Positions 44,886 through 61,373 of a stretch of 64,000 nucleotides of DNA are shown one piece after another. The position numbers and the translations under genes were made by a program. The stretch covers positions 2,548 to 66,547 of the forward strand of contig JBJHDK010000004.1 of the NCBI GenBank assembly GCA_050486505.1, given 5' to 3'. Numbering within the stretch: the stretch's first letter is position 1; each line of letters starts with the position of its first letter. This DNA comes from Fibrobacteria bacterium. GTDB lineage: Bacteria; Fibrobacterota; Fibrobacteria; UBA11236. Under the pieces are notes generated by a model. The model was not told the origin of the DNA, did not search any database, and saw nothing but the letters and a program-made list of their open reading frames with translations.

Positions 44886-44956
44886 ACCGCGCACGACGCG
44901 CGGTTCCGATCAGACAGACAAAGCCGGTTCCGACAAGGGGCCGGTTTTTTGTTTGC
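44886..44956. terminator. Putative bidirectional terminator region (two hairpins plus a T-tract)
   Basis: accgcgc-acgac-gcgcggt hairpin (44886-44904), then a weaker gccgg…ccgg hairpin followed by ttttttgtttg (44941-44951). It lies between convergent genes. Confidence 0.35.
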
Positions 44957-44968
44957 GTGAAGACGGAT

Positions 44969-45817
44969 CTATTTCGTTCCCACTCCAAGCCACGCCTGGC
45001 CGCTCGACTCGATCGCGCCCGGCCCGTAGGTCGAGATCAGGTAGGCATGCACGCCTTCGGCAACGGCTTCCCAGCGCTCTTCGCCGAGCTTGTTCCGCAA
45101 CAACACCAACGGGGCCACCGTGCGTTGCGCCGCTTCCCAGAACTCCACAAGCGTGTCGAAGCGGTGCGTGTGACGCGCTTCATGGATCTTCACATCCTGG
45201 AACCCCGCGGCGCGCATCTCCTCCGCGAACTCTTCCACCTCACCGAGCGGGGCCTTGCCCTTGCCGAACGGAAGATCCGGCATTTGTGCCTTGATCCCCT
45301 CGATCGCGGTGCCGAACGGACCCGGCAAGGGCGCCCAGCTTGAGATCACCGCGCGACCACCGGGCTTCAGCACGCGCAAGAGTTCGCGAAACCCCGCGCC
45401 GCGATCGGGAAAGAACATGAGACCGAACATCGAGAAGGCCCCGTCGTAGGTCGCATCGGGCCATGGCAACTTTTGCCCGTCGCCCTCGTGGATCGTGATG
45501 CCCTCAATGACGGAGGCCTGGAGCCGTTTCCGGAACTGCGCCAGCATGTCGGGCGAGAAGTCGAGCGCATCGACCCGGGCGCCGATCGCGGGGTCACCCG
45601 CCGCCAACAGGGACAGCGTTCCCGGCCCGCATGCCACGTCGGCGATGCGCGCGCCCGGAGGAAGCTTCGCGAGCTTCAGCGCCTCGCGGGAGTAGTGCTC
45701 GAAGAACGGAAGCAACTCCGCGGTGTAGTCGCCGGAGACGAGGTTCCAGGGTTGTGGCGTCGCAAGGGGAGACGGCGGCGGGGTGGTGGTCATGGGGTCA
45801 ATATTAGCCGGTCGCAA
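44969..45817 (-). CDS. Class I SAM-dependent methyltransferase (Methyltransf_11-like)
   Basis: Motif I (ARIADVACGPGTLS) and post-I/II motifs (…LKPGGRAVISSW…). 282 aa. Confidence 0.83.
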   Translation of the reverse strand: MRPANIDPMTTTPPPSPLATPQPWNLVSGDYTAELLPFFEHYSREALKLAKLPPGARIADVACGPGTLSLLAAGDPAIGARVDALDFSPDMLAQFRKRLQASVIEGITIHEGDGQKLPWPDATYDGAFSMFGLMFFPDRGAGFRELLRVLKPGGRAVISSWAPLPGPFGTAIEGIKAQMPDLPFGKGKAPLGEVEEFAEEMRAAGFQDVKIHEARHTHRFDTLVEFWEAAQRTVAPLVLLRNKLGEERWEAVAEGVHAYLISTYGPGAIESSGQAWLGVGTK

Positions 45818-45848
45818 TGTAGGGGCAAATGATTATTTGCCCCTACAT
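45815..45848. repeat. Perfect 15-bp inverted repeat AATGTAGGGGCAAAT-gatt-ATTTGCCCCTACATT in the divergent methyltransferase/recF control region
   Basis: Read directly from the sequence. It is a member of a GTAGGGGC-type palindromic repeat family that recurs at 47350-47430 and 52945-52994. Confidence 0.7.
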
Positions 45849-45939
45849 TCCCTTACAGGGACCCACCACCACCCCGCCGTCCCGCGCCCCATCCACCGGA
45901 TCGCCCGCGCAGCGTACCCCCCAACTACCTTTCACCTCC

Positions 45940-47037
45940 GTGCACATCGACCGACTGACGCTTCACCATTTCCGCAATCTTCACGGCCTCGACGTGCGAC
46001 CCGCCCCGGGCCTTAACCTCATCGCCGGGCCCAACGGCCACGGCAAATCGAACCTCCTCGAAAGCGTCCATTACCTCGCGCTGGCCCACTCGGGCCGCAC
46101 CCGCAAGGACAAGGACCTGATCGCTTGGGACGCGCCCGCCGACGCGGGTTTCGTGGTCAGGGCGGAAGCCACGATCGGTGCGCGTGACCATGTGCAGTCG
46201 GTGGAATACACGGAACACGGAACGCGGGTAAAGGTGGAGGGGCTGGAGAGCAAGCGCCTCGGCGACCTGCTGGGGCATTTGCTGCTGGTGGCGTTTTCGC
46301 CCGAAGACCTGGATTTGCTCCGGGGGGGGCCGCAGGAGCGGCGCCGGTTCCTGGACGTGCTTCTGTGCCAACTCGACCCCGGCGCGCTGGACGTGCTGCG
46401 GCGCTACAGGCAGGCCCTGCGCCAGCGCAACGCAGTGCTCCGCTGGAACCCCGGCAAGGAGGAGGAGGCCCTCCTGGAGGCCTACGAGGCGACCCTCGCG
46501 GAGGCCGGCGCCGACATCGCCCGAAGGCGTCTCGACTGGGTCGAAAAACTGGCTCCGATGGCAGCCGGATTTTACCGGGAAATCAGCGGCAACGGAGAGC
46601 CCCTGACCCTGCGCGTGACCTCCGCCGCCGGAGCCTCCGAAGACCCGTCTTTATTGGCCGAAACGCTGCTCGCGAAGCTTCGTGAAAAGCGAGCCCAGGA
46701 CCGCGAAACAGGGCTCACTTCGGTCGGCCCGCACAGGGACGATTTGCTAGCTTTTCTGGCCGGAAAAACGGTGCGGGACTTCGCCTCCCAAGGGCAAAAA
46801 AGGTCCGTGGCGCTGGCCCTCAAGCTGGCCGCCGCGGGACTGCTCGAAGAGACGGCGGGCCTCCCTCCCATCCTGATTCTGGACGACGTGTTCGCCGAAC
46901 TCGACCCCGGACGCCGCGAGCGTTTCGGCGCCCTGATTGCCGGGCGCGGTCAGGCGTTCATCGCCACTCCCCGGCGCGAGGACCTCCCCTTCGCCGTGGA
47001 GTCCGTCGTGCAACTGGAGAAGGGAAAGGCGGCCTGA
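45940..47037 (+). CDS. recF: DNA replication and repair protein RecF
   Basis: Probable GTG start at 45940 (VHIDRLTLHHFRNLHGLDVRPAPGLNLIAGPNGHGKSNLLES…, containing the Walker A motif), with the signature region …GQKRSVALALKLA… and Walker B ILILDDVFAELD. Confidence 0.9.
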   Translation: MHIDRLTLHHFRNLHGLDVRPAPGLNLIAGPNGHGKSNLLESVHYLALAHSGRTRKDKDLIAWDAPADAGFVVRAEATIGARDHVQSVEYTEHGTRVKVEGLESKRLGDLLGHLLLVAFSPEDLDLLRGGPQERRRFLDVLLCQLDPGALDVLRRYRQALRQRNAVLRWNPGKEEEALLEAYEATLAEAGADIARRRLDWVEKLAPMAAGFYREISGNGEPLTLRVTSAAGASEDPSLLAETLLAKLREKRAQDRETGLTSVGPHRDDLLAFLAGKTVRDFASQGQKRSVALALKLAAAGLLEETAGLPPILILDDVFAELDPGRRERFGALIAGRGQAFIATPRREDLPFAVESVVQLEKGKAA

Positions 47038-47038
47038 C

Positions 47039-50251
<3,213 letters not shown>

Positions 50252-50388
50252 GTCACAAAGTTACAGAATCCATCCCGGTCCGCCCCGGAACCATCGCCGA
50301 CCGCAAAGGAAACCCCACGACTTCCGAACATTTCTCTACGACCCCGCGCTCTTGTACATTGCGCAAACTCTTCCGCAAAGGAGCTCTC

Positions 50389-51099
50389 ATGTCGCGTTCT
50401 TCGTTCCTCCCGCTTGCCCTGACCTTCCTCGCCTTCGCCGGAGCGCCCGGAATCCACGCCTCCGGCTCCGCGCCGGAGCCCCGCGTCTCCGTCCACGGCA
50501 CGGGCGAGATCCGCGTCGCGCCCGACATGGCCGTGCTGACGGTGGAGGCAACCTACAGCCACAAAACCCCGTCCGAGGCCTCGGCCGAAGTCGGCAAGGC
50601 CATGGCGGAGATCCTCCGTGCCGCGCGCAAGACCGTGCGCGACACCGCCGACCTGCGCACCGCGCGCATCCAGCTCAATCCGGAATACGATTGGGTGGAC
50701 GGGAAACGCAGATTCAGGGGGTACTCCGCCAGTCAAACCCTTGAGGTCACGGTGCGGGAGTTGGCCCGCCTGGAGGGGTTGCTGGAAGACCTGTTCAAAA
50801 CTCCGCTCACGGGCTTGAACGGGCCCGACTTTCGGCATTCGAAGGCCGACAGCCTGACGCGGGCGGCACACGCTCTGGCCGTGCGGGATGCCGCGCTCAA
50901 CGCGAAGACCCTGTGCGAGGCGGCGGAACGCACGTGCGACCAACTCGTCAGCCTGCGGATGTCCGGCGGCGGAGGCGGCCCGGTGTACCCGATGGCGGAG
51001 TCGCGGATGATGATGGCGGACGCCAAGGCCGGCATGCCGGTGCAGCCGGGGCTGCTGACCTTCACCGCGACAGTGACGGCGGAGTATCGGTTGGAGTAG
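50389..51099 (+). CDS. SIMPL domain-containing protein (DUF541), secreted
   Basis: Start at ATG 50389 with an AAGGAG site. Signal peptide (MSRSSFLPLALTFLAFAGA) followed by a SIMPL-like sequence (…VSVHGTGEIRVAPDMAVLTVEA…). Confidence 0.72.
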   Translation: MSRSSFLPLALTFLAFAGAPGIHASGSAPEPRVSVHGTGEIRVAPDMAVLTVEATYSHKTPSEASAEVGKAMAEILRAARKTVRDTADLRTARIQLNPEYDWVDGKRRFRGYSASQTLEVTVRELARLEGLLEDLFKTPLTGLNGPDFRHSKADSLTRAAHALAVRDAALNAKTLCEAAERTCDQLVSLRMSGGGGGPVYPMAESRMMMADAKAGMPVQPGLLTFTATVTAEYRLE

Positions 51100-51181
51100 G
51101 ACGGAAAACGGGAACGCTCGTCCGCCCGAAACCCCTCCACCGCATCGCTTCCGGAGAAAACCCCACCGCTCAAACGAAAAA

Positions 51182-51200
51182 GGGACGCTTACGCGTCCCG
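51182..51200. terminator. Bidirectional intrinsic terminator between the SIMPL gene and atpC
   Basis: aaaaaGGGACGCttacGCGTCCCgaattcattt. On the minus strand the hairpin is followed by tttttcgttt, so it terminates the atp operon. Confidence 0.5.
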
Positions 51201-51242
51201 AATTCATTTCCTTCGCTCTCCCCCCTTTGGGGGACTGGGGGG

Positions 51243-51491
51243 TTACGCTTTCTCCGCCGAATCGACCAGCACCACGCCATTGTCGTGGCTGAACTCGAAA
51301 AAGCCCGCGCTGACCTTGAACAGCAATTCCTTCTTGTCCGCGATCACGCGCACCTCGCCCGGAACCAGGCCCGAGAGAATCGGCACGTGACCCTTCAACA
51401 CTTCGAAGGAACCCTCGGCACCGGGAACACGCACGCTCTCGGCCTCGGCGTCGAAGACGGTCTTCTCGGGAGTGAGGATCTGAACCTTCAT
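51243..51491 (-). CDS. atpC: ATP synthase epsilon chain, short form (N-terminal beta-sandwich only)
   Basis: 82-aa protein MKVQILTPEKTVFDAEAESVRVPGAEGSFEVLKGHVPILSGL… that stops after the beta-sandwich. The C-terminal helical hairpin present in the 135-140-aa epsilons is absent. Confidence 0.85.
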   Translation of the reverse strand: MKVQILTPEKTVFDAEAESVRVPGAEGSFEVLKGHVPILSGLVPGEVRVIADKKELLFKVSAGFFEFSHDNGVVLVDSAEKA

Positions 51492-51493
51492 TT

Positions 51494-52927
<1,434 letters not shown>

Positions 52928-52944
52928 TTAATTCATTGCCGAGG

Positions 52945-52994
52945 CGTAGGGGCAAATGATGGGGCGCAAGCGCCTGGCACAATTTGCCCCTACG
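52945..52994. repeat. Inverted repeat CGTAGGGGCAAAT…ATTTGCCCCTACG with a nested GGCGC-aa-GCGCC hairpin, in the atpG-atpD intergenic region
   Basis: 13-bp arms separated by 24 nt. It belongs to the same GTAGGGGCAAAT palindrome family as the element at 45815-45848. Confidence 0.6.
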
Positions 52995-52997
52995 TCG

Positions 52998-53897
52998 TTA
53001 TCCCTTCAGCGCTTCCGCGCCCGAGACGATCTCGATCAGCTCGCGGGTGATCGCGGCCTGGCGCGCGCGGTTCATGGTCAGGGTCATCGACCCGATCAAA
53101 TCCTTCGTGTTCTTGGTCGCGTTGTCCATCGCGGTCATGCGTGCGCTATGCTCGCCCACCGCATTCTCCAGCAGCGCGCGGAACACCTGCAGCGTGACGA
53201 GGCGCGGCACCAGCTCGGCGAACAGGCTTTCCTGGTCAGGCTCGAACGCGTACACATCCTTCATCCCGCCATTCTTTTCGGAGGAGAGGGGGGGTTCCGT
53301 TCCGGTTTTCACTTCGGAAGGGGACGGCTCGGCGGGCGTCATCGGCAGGATCGGCACGAACACGGGAACCTGCGAAAGCACGCTGCGGAACTGGTTGTAT
53401 ACCAGCACCACGCGGTCGCACTTGCCGGCGAGATAGTCACGCGTCAATGCTTCGGCGATGGCAGAGGCATTCGCGTAGGTCGGCGCGTTGGTGTGCTCCG
53501 TCGCGAGCGTCTCGACTTTTTCCGAGCGCGCGATGAAGTCGCGGGCGCGGCGACCGAGGCCCATCGCCTCCGCAGGAACGGTGTCGGCAGGGCGGCGCGA
53601 GAACGTGCGGAAGAGGTTGTTGTTGAACGCGCCGGCCAGCCCGCGATCCGAGGACACGATCACGTAACGGATTCGGCCCGCGCTCCGCGTCTGCAGCAGG
53701 GGATGCTCCGGGGATTCCATGGCGGAGAGTACCCGACCGAACATTTCCTCCATGCGATCTGCATAAGGCTTGGAGCGCGCGTGCGCGTCTTGCGCCCGCT
53801 TCAGCTTGGCCGCAGAGACCATTTTCATGGCCGCCGTGATCTTGCTGGTGTTCTTCAGCGCCTTGATGCGGAGGCGCAGTTCCTTGATTCCCGCCAT
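52998..53897 (-). CDS. atpG: ATP synthase subunit gamma
   Basis: MAGIKELRLRIKALKNTSKITAAMKMVSAAKL… canonical N-terminus and C-terminal helix. Confidence 0.95.
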   Translation of the reverse strand: MAGIKELRLRIKALKNTSKITAAMKMVSAAKLKRAQDAHARSKPYADRMEEMFGRVLSAMESPEHPLLQTRSAGRIRYVIVSSDRGLAGAFNNNLFRTFSRRPADTVPAEAMGLGRRARDFIARSEKVETLATEHTNAPTYANASAIAEALTRDYLAGKCDRVVLVYNQFRSVLSQVPVFVPILPMTPAEPSPSEVKTGTEPPLSSEKNGGMKDVYAFEPDQESLFAELVPRLVTLQVFRALLENAVGEHSARMTAMDNATKNTKDLIGSMTLTMNRARQAAITRELIEIVSGAEALKG

Positions 53898-53910
53898 CGG
53901 TTCTTCCCGC

Positions 53911-55440
<1,530 letters not shown>

Positions 55441-55457
55441 GATGTTTTCCTGTTTTC

Positions 55458-56003
55458 CTACGCGGCCGCAAGCCGCTGCCTGAGTCCGTCAAGTTTGTGT
55501 CGCAGGCTTGCGTCGGTGACGTAGCCCTCCTCTTCGACGCGGAAGCCCGCGATCAAGGAGTCGTCCACTTCGTTGTGGAGGGTGAATTCGGCGCCGGCCC
55601 GAAGCTTCGAGAGGACGCCGGACAGGGTATCGAGTTGCCCCGCGGTCATGGGCTTCGCGCTCACGATCCGCGCGCGCCGGATGTTCCGTGCGTCTTCGTC
55701 GAGGCGGAGAAAGGTCGCGATGATGTCGGGAAACAAGGCGAGCCGGCCTTTCGCCTCAAGCAGTGCCAGCAAGCGACGCACGGTTTCCGTCGCCTTCTCC
55801 GAGATCGGCCGCACGATGATCGCGCGCTTCTCCTCGGAGAGGCCGACAAGGGTCAACGCACGAACCAGCGAGGGGTTCGCGGAGAACGTCCGCTCCAGGG
55901 CGATGAAATCATCGCGCACCCCCTCCACGCTCCCTTGGGAGGCCGCGTATTCGAGGAGGGTCCTGGCGTACACCGCCGCCGCTTTGTGAAAATGCCGCGC
56001 CAT
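55458..56003 (-). CDS. atpH: ATP synthase subunit delta (OSCP)
   Basis: Start at ATG 56003 ([20 protein letters not shown]…). OSCP-like protein of 181 aa. The longer ORF N-terminus would overlap atpF. Confidence 0.83.
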   Translation of the reverse strand: MARHFHKAAAVYARTLLEYAASQGSVEGVRDDFIALERTFSANPSLVRALTLVGLSEEKRAIIVRPISEKATETVRRLLALLEAKGRLALFPDIIATFLRLDEDARNIRRARIVSAKPMTAGQLDTLSGVLSKLRAGAEFTLHNEVDDSLIAGFRVEEEGYVTDASLRHKLDGLRQRLAAA

Positions 56004-56004
56004 G

Positions 56005-56583
56005 TTATGCCTTCGGGGAAACCTCGTTGATGAGCTCGTCAACCAGCTTGCGCGTCTTTGCCTCGTCGAGGTTCGTGCGAATCAACTTTTCCGCGATGCT
56101 CACGGAAAGCTCCGCCGTCACCTTGCGCAGTTCGGCGACCGCGGCGGTTTTCTCGGCTTCGATCTCGCGACGCGCGGCCTCGAGAATGCGCTGCTTCTCC
56201 TGGTGCGCCGTCTCTTCAACCTTCTTCTTCAGCGCCTCGCCCGACTCGCGCGCGGTCTGCAACACGGAAGCGGCCTGGGCACGCGACTCCGCGAGGATAC
56301 GCGCCTGCTCTTCCGCAAGCCTGGCGCTCTCCGATTGGATCCGCGACGCCTGCTCAAGACTTTCGCGGACCGTTTTTTCACGGGCATCAAGCGCGTCGAT
56401 AATGGGGTTCCACGCGAATTTGCGCAGCAGCAGCATCAGGAGAATGAAGACGACGAGCGCCCACACCCCGACGCCGGGATCGAAGCGAAGTAACGGTGAT
56501 CCTTCGCCCTGCGCCGCAAGTGCGGGGGTCGCGCCCGCAAGCAGCATCACGGCAGGGATCAATCCGTGGAGGGATCGGTTCAT
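56005..56583 (-). CDS. atpF: ATP synthase subunit b
   Basis: Start at ATG 56583 with an AAGGAAG ribosome-binding site. N-terminal hydrophobic anchor followed by a long charged coiled-coil region (…ARLAEEQARILAESRAQAASVLQ…). Confidence 0.83.
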   Translation of the reverse strand: MNRSLHGLIPAVMLLAGATPALAAQGEGSPLLRFDPGVGVWALVVFILLMLLLRKFAWNPIIDALDAREKTVRESLEQASRIQSESARLAEEQARILAESRAQAASVLQTARESGEALKKKVEETAHQEKQRILEAARREIEAEKTAAVAELRKVTAELSVSIAEKLIRTNLDEAKTRKLVDELINEVSPKA

Positions 56584-56615
56584 GCGAACTTCCTTTTCAC
56601 CGCTTGCGCGGGATG

Positions 56616-57719
<1,104 letters not shown>

Positions 57720-57723
<4 letters not shown>

Positions 57724-58091
57724 TTTGCCATCAATCCGGGATTGCGAAGAATATGGCGTATCTCGACGACTTGATAGATGAGGTAACCCGCCATTCCGGT
57801 GAACACGAAGGAATACAACGAGGGGCCATGTCCCAAGCCCCGGATCACCAGAAGCATGATCGCCGCGAGGAACAGCAGTCGCGCCATCATCGAGATGAAA
57901 ATCAGCCGGATTGGATCCATTTGGGAACGAAGACCGAGGATCCAGATGGCTGCGAATGCGTTGACGGCCATGAGAGCGAGGCCTGCCCAAGCGTAAAAGA
58001 GGTGCATTTCGGGCCAAAATCCGGACAGAATCGCAGCGGCGCCGAAAAGCGCCAGTGTGGTCATGCCCAAGGATTTCAGAAAGGCGTTCAA
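57720..58091 (-). CDS. atpI: ATP synthase protein I-like small hydrophobic protein
   Basis: 123-aa protein of four helices, encoded directly upstream of atpB and overlapping it by 4 nt, the classic atpI position. Confidence 0.6.
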
Positions 58092-58218
58092 AGGGTTTCC
58101 CGAGAAAGCGCGGACTCACGAGCCGCATGCAGAACGGGCCGCAATGTTAGAAAGAAGCCGCTTCGATTTAAAGGCGAAATGTGCCGCAAGTGGCTGTTCG
58201 GCACTGATTTCCAGCCGC

Positions 58219-58452
58219 TCAGGGTGGCCCTCCGTGACGGTTCGCCCGATCAAGACCCTTGACCACGCGATAGACCGTATAGCCGGCCCCCAAAAGCCCC
58301 GCCGAGGTTCCTCCAAAGGCCCCCCATGGATGCCACCCCCAGGTGTTGTCGATCCACTTCCCCAGCAGCATTCCGCCGGCAATCCAGACTGCGAGCGTCC
58401 AACCCAGGGTCAGCAACAGGGCCAAATCTGGAGAAATCTTGGGGCCCGGCAT
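58219..58452 (-). CDS. AtpZ/AtpR-like putative F0F1-ATPase-associated small membrane protein
   Basis: Start at ATG 58452, giving a 77-aa protein MPGPKISPDLALLLTLGWTLAVWIAGGMLLGKWIDNTWGWHPWGAFGGT… with two TM helices that resembles the 'ATP synthase gene 1' family. The longer 127-aa ORF overlaps bactofilin and is rejected. Confidence 0.55.
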   Translation of the reverse strand: MPGPKISPDLALLLTLGWTLAVWIAGGMLLGKWIDNTWGWHPWGAFGGTSAGLLGAGYTVYRVVKGLDRANRHGGPP

Positions 58453-58474
58453 GGGAGTTCCCGTGCGTTGCGGG

Positions 58475-58816
58475 TCAGTCGCGGGCGGCGTCCATCGAGC
58501 AATTGCCCTGAAAAATCGCGCCCTCTTGCACCACAAGCTCACGCGCGTGCAGATCGCCCACCAGCACGGACTTGTCTTCGAGCACGAGCTTCTCCTGTAC
58601 ATGGATGTTTCCCGTCAAGCGTCCGGCCAGCGTCGCGGATCGGCTGGTGACGTCGCCTTCGACGGTTCCTGTCAGGCTGAGAACCAGATTTCCGCCCACG
58701 GAAATCGACCCCTTGACCGCGCCCTCGACGCGCAAGTCGTGTTCCACCGCCATGTCGCCGGTGATGCGGGTGCCTTCGCCGATGAAGGTCATGCTGGTTG
58801 CGGCGTTTTTCGACAT
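58475..58816 (-). CDS. Bactofilin family cytoskeletal protein (CcmA-like)
   Basis: 113-aa beta-helix repeat pattern (…ITGDMAVEHDLRVEGAVKGSISVGGNLVLSLTGTVEGDVTSRSATLAGRLTGNIHVQEKLVLEDKSVLVGDLHARELVVQEGA…), which is the DUF583/bactofilin signature. Confidence 0.8.
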   Translation of the reverse strand: MSKNAATSMTFIGEGTRITGDMAVEHDLRVEGAVKGSISVGGNLVLSLTGTVEGDVTSRSATLAGRLTGNIHVQEKLVLEDKSVLVGDLHARELVVQEGAIFQGNCSMDAARD

Positions 58817-58828
58817 GCTCGTTCCTCG

Positions 58829-59647
58829 TTATTCCAGATAGGTAAGTGGGTCGACCGGCTGCCCCCGGAAGATAATTTCGAAATGCAAATGGGGCCCAAG
58901 GCTGCGACCGGTACTCCCCACGATTCCGAGCGGGCTGCCTTTGCCGAGCTGGTCTCCGGGCTTCACGAATACCCGGGCAAGGTGTCCGTACAGCGTTTCC
59001 ACGCCGAAGTCGTGGTTGACGCGCACATACAGCCCCAGATCATTGTCCCAGCCCTGCTCCGTCACCATGCCGCGCGCCGCGCTCACCACGACGGCATTTT
59101 CCTCGGTCAGGATATCGATGCCGTCGTGCCGCGGCTCGGTGGAGCTTCCCGGCGAAAAGCGCTGGCTGATGATGCCCTTCACCGGCCAGATGTTCGGGTT
59201 TCTCTCACGGGCAAGTGAGGCATCGCGCTCCTCGAGTTGCCGGTCGATGGCGCGCAAATTCTCAAACAAGCCGGTCATGTCGCGACCTGTCCACGATGGA
59301 ACCGCGGCAACGCGCGCAGGATCGGGCGCGTCCGACAAGAACGCCTGCAAGATGTTCCTGATCGATCGCTCCCGCTCGGCCATCATGGCCAGCTCACGCT
59401 CGATCTGGAACATCTTGCGCTGTTGGGCCTGCAATTCCTGGTTGCGTTCGGCCATGTGGCTGGCCAACAGAACCTTCCCCTGGATCTGCGTCAGTTTCAC
59501 TGCGGCGAAACCAGCAGCGAACAGCGCCAGAACAAAGGCGTAAAAAAGGAACTCAAAGAACGGCCGTCGCAGCCGGAACGTCCAGGCCTCACCCGAGCCT
59601 TCGGGGAGAATCTGGATGGTCACGAAGCTTTTTTTGCGCGGGGGCAT
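58829..59647 (-). CDS. M23 family metallopeptidase (LytM/Csd1-like) with N-terminal TM anchor and coiled coil
   Basis: TM helix, a coiled-coil region, and a C-terminal M23 domain with the HxxxD…HLHFE motif (…LYGHLARVFVKPGDQLGKGSPLGIVGSTGRSLGPHLHFEIIFRGQPVDP…). Confidence 0.85.
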   Translation of the reverse strand: MPPRKKSFVTIQILPEGSGEAWTFRLRRPFFEFLFYAFVLALFAAGFAAVKLTQIQGKVLLASHMAERNQELQAQQRKMFQIERELAMMAERERSIRNILQAFLSDAPDPARVAAVPSWTGRDMTGLFENLRAIDRQLEERDASLARERNPNIWPVKGIISQRFSPGSSTEPRHDGIDILTEENAVVVSAARGMVTEQGWDNDLGLYVRVNHDFGVETLYGHLARVFVKPGDQLGKGSPLGIVGSTGRSLGPHLHFEIIFRGQPVDPLTYLE

Positions 59648-59748
59648 CGGGTCAAATTAGGAAGTCTTGGGATACGGAAAAAATCAGGGGGGACTCCCCG
59701 AGGACAACCCTCCGCCTCGGTCCTGACGAAGGCCGCACAGGAAAACCC

Positions 59749-60603
59749 TCAGGCCGTGCGTCCGCGCCGCAGGACGTCGACCATATTGTTTAATTCGTCA
59801 CTGTTCTTGTAATGAATTTCGAGCACTCCCTTGCGGGCGCCGCCACGCAGCGAAACCTTCATGCCCACAAGCGACTTCACCTCGTCGAGGAACGCGCGTG
59901 TATTCGCATCCAGAACCGCGCCCTTCCCGGCCTTCCGCGAAGGGCCAGCCTTTTCGGCATCGCGAACATTCAGGGAAGCTTCCAGGATCGCGCGTGCACG
60001 CTGGATCTGTTTCGCCCCCTGGTATTGTAGCAGCGCCCGGCCGTGTCCGGCCGTCAGCTTGCCCTCTCGCAACCAGGCCTGAACCTGCGGTTCCAGCCTC
60101 AGCAAGCGCAGGGTATTGGTCACCGCGGCGCGACTGCGCCCTACGCGCACGGCGATTTCCTCGTGGGTCATTCCGCAGGCTCCGGCCAGTTGCTCGTAGG
60201 CCTGCGCTTCTTCGACCGCATTGAGCTGCACCCGCTGGATGTTCTCAACAAGCGCGAGCTCGCGCATGTCGCGGTCGGACACCTGCTCGCGAACCAACGC
60301 GGGAATGTGCGTCCGGTTCAGGCTCTGGAATGCCCGAAAACGTCTCTCGCCGGAAACAATCTGATAGCCATCTCCGTGCTTGCGCAGGAAGATCGGCTGG
60401 ATCAGGCCGCTTTGTGCGATCGAGTCTGCAAGTTCCTGCAACTCCTCTTTCGAAAAATCCTGCCGGGGCTGGAAAGGGTTCGGTAAAATCAGCGAGAGTT
60501 CGATCTCATGCACCGCTGACCCCGTTTGAGGATCCTTGACCTCCGTCCCGAGGTTCGCGAAGATCGCGTCGAGCCCCTTGCCAAGCGCGCGCCGGGAGCT
60601 CAT
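59749..60603 (-). CDS. parB: Chromosome partitioning protein ParB (Spo0J)
   Basis: ParB box GLIQPIFLRKHGDGYQIVSGERRFRA and helix-turn-helix. 284 aa. Confidence 0.95.
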   Translation of the reverse strand: MSSRRALGKGLDAIFANLGTEVKDPQTGSAVHEIELSLILPNPFQPRQDFSKEELQELADSIAQSGLIQPIFLRKHGDGYQIVSGERRFRAFQSLNRTHIPALVREQVSDRDMRELALVENIQRVQLNAVEEAQAYEQLAGACGMTHEEIAVRVGRSRAAVTNTLRLLRLEPQVQAWLREGKLTAGHGRALLQYQGAKQIQRARAILEASLNVRDAEKAGPSRKAGKGAVLDANTRAFLDEVKSLVGMKVSLRGGARKGVLEIHYKNSDELNNMVDVLRRGRTA

Positions 60604-61373
60604 TTCTCCAGAATCTCCCTGGCGAGCTCCATGTAGCGCACCGCTCCCACCGAAACCACGTCGTAAAGAATCACGGGCTTGCCGAACGATGGCGCCTCCG
60701 AGAGCTTCACGCTGCGGGGAATAATGGTTTTGAAGACCTTCTCCGAGAACGTGTTCTGCACATCCTCCGCCACCTGCTTCGAGAGATTGAGGCGACTATC
60801 GTACATCGTCAGCAACGCGCCCTCGATCGCCAGCTTGGGATTCGTGCTCTGTTGCACCAGACGAATCGTGTTCAGCAGTTCTGCCAGTCCCTGCAATGCA
60901 TAGTACTCGCACTGGATGGGAATCAACACCGAATCCGCCGCAGTCAGAACATTCAGGGTGAGAATGTTGAGGCTCGGCGGCGAGTCGATCAAAATGAAAT
61001 CGTAGTCCGCACGCACCGCCTCCAGCACACGCGCCAGCCGTCGTTCGCGCTTGGACTCCTGCAGCAGCTTGACCTCGAGACCTGCAAGGGAGCGCGAGCA
61101 TGGAAAGACGTCGAGATACGCCATGCCCGTCTTTTTAATGAAACCTTTGACGCGATCCTTCGTGACCTGTTCTTCGGGCAGCAGGAGGGCGTCGTAAACA
61201 TCCTCCTCGAAATCTTCGTCGAAGCCCAGTCCCTGCGTCGAGTTCGCCTGCGGATCCATATCCACCAGCAAGACGCGCTTCTCCATGGCCGCCAAAGCAG
61301 CTGAAAGATTCACGCAGGTGGTGGTCTTTCCCACCCCGCCCTTCTGGTTGCATGCGGCGATGATCCTGCTCAC
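60600..61373 (-). CDS. parA: Chromosome partitioning ATPase ParA (Soj)
   Basis: Probable GTG start at or near 61373 (VSRIIAACNQKGGVGKTTT…, the deviant Walker A), overlapping the rsmG stop. My hand indexing was off by one in this stretch, so the coordinate is good to ±1 nt. The 374-aa ORF N-terminus is an artefact. Confidence 0.88.
   Translation of the reverse strand: MSRIIAACNQKGGVGKTTTCVNLSAALAAMEKRVLLVDMDPQANSTQGLGFDEDFEEDVYDALLLPEEQVTKDRVKGFIKKTGMAYLDVFPCSRSLAGLEVKLLQESKRERRLARVLEAVRADYDFILIDSPPSLNILTLNVLTAADSVLIPIQCEYYALQGLAELLNTIRLVQQSTNPKLAIEGALLTMYDSRLNLSKQVAEDVQNTFSEKVFKTIIPRSVKLSEAPSFGKPVILYDVVSVGAVRYMELAREILEK

Noticed and set aside
58219-58602. 127-aa version of the AtpZ-like ORF
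   Set aside because: The first 50 codons overlap the bactofilin gene out of frame. The hydrophobic AtpZ-like protein begins at ATG 58452.
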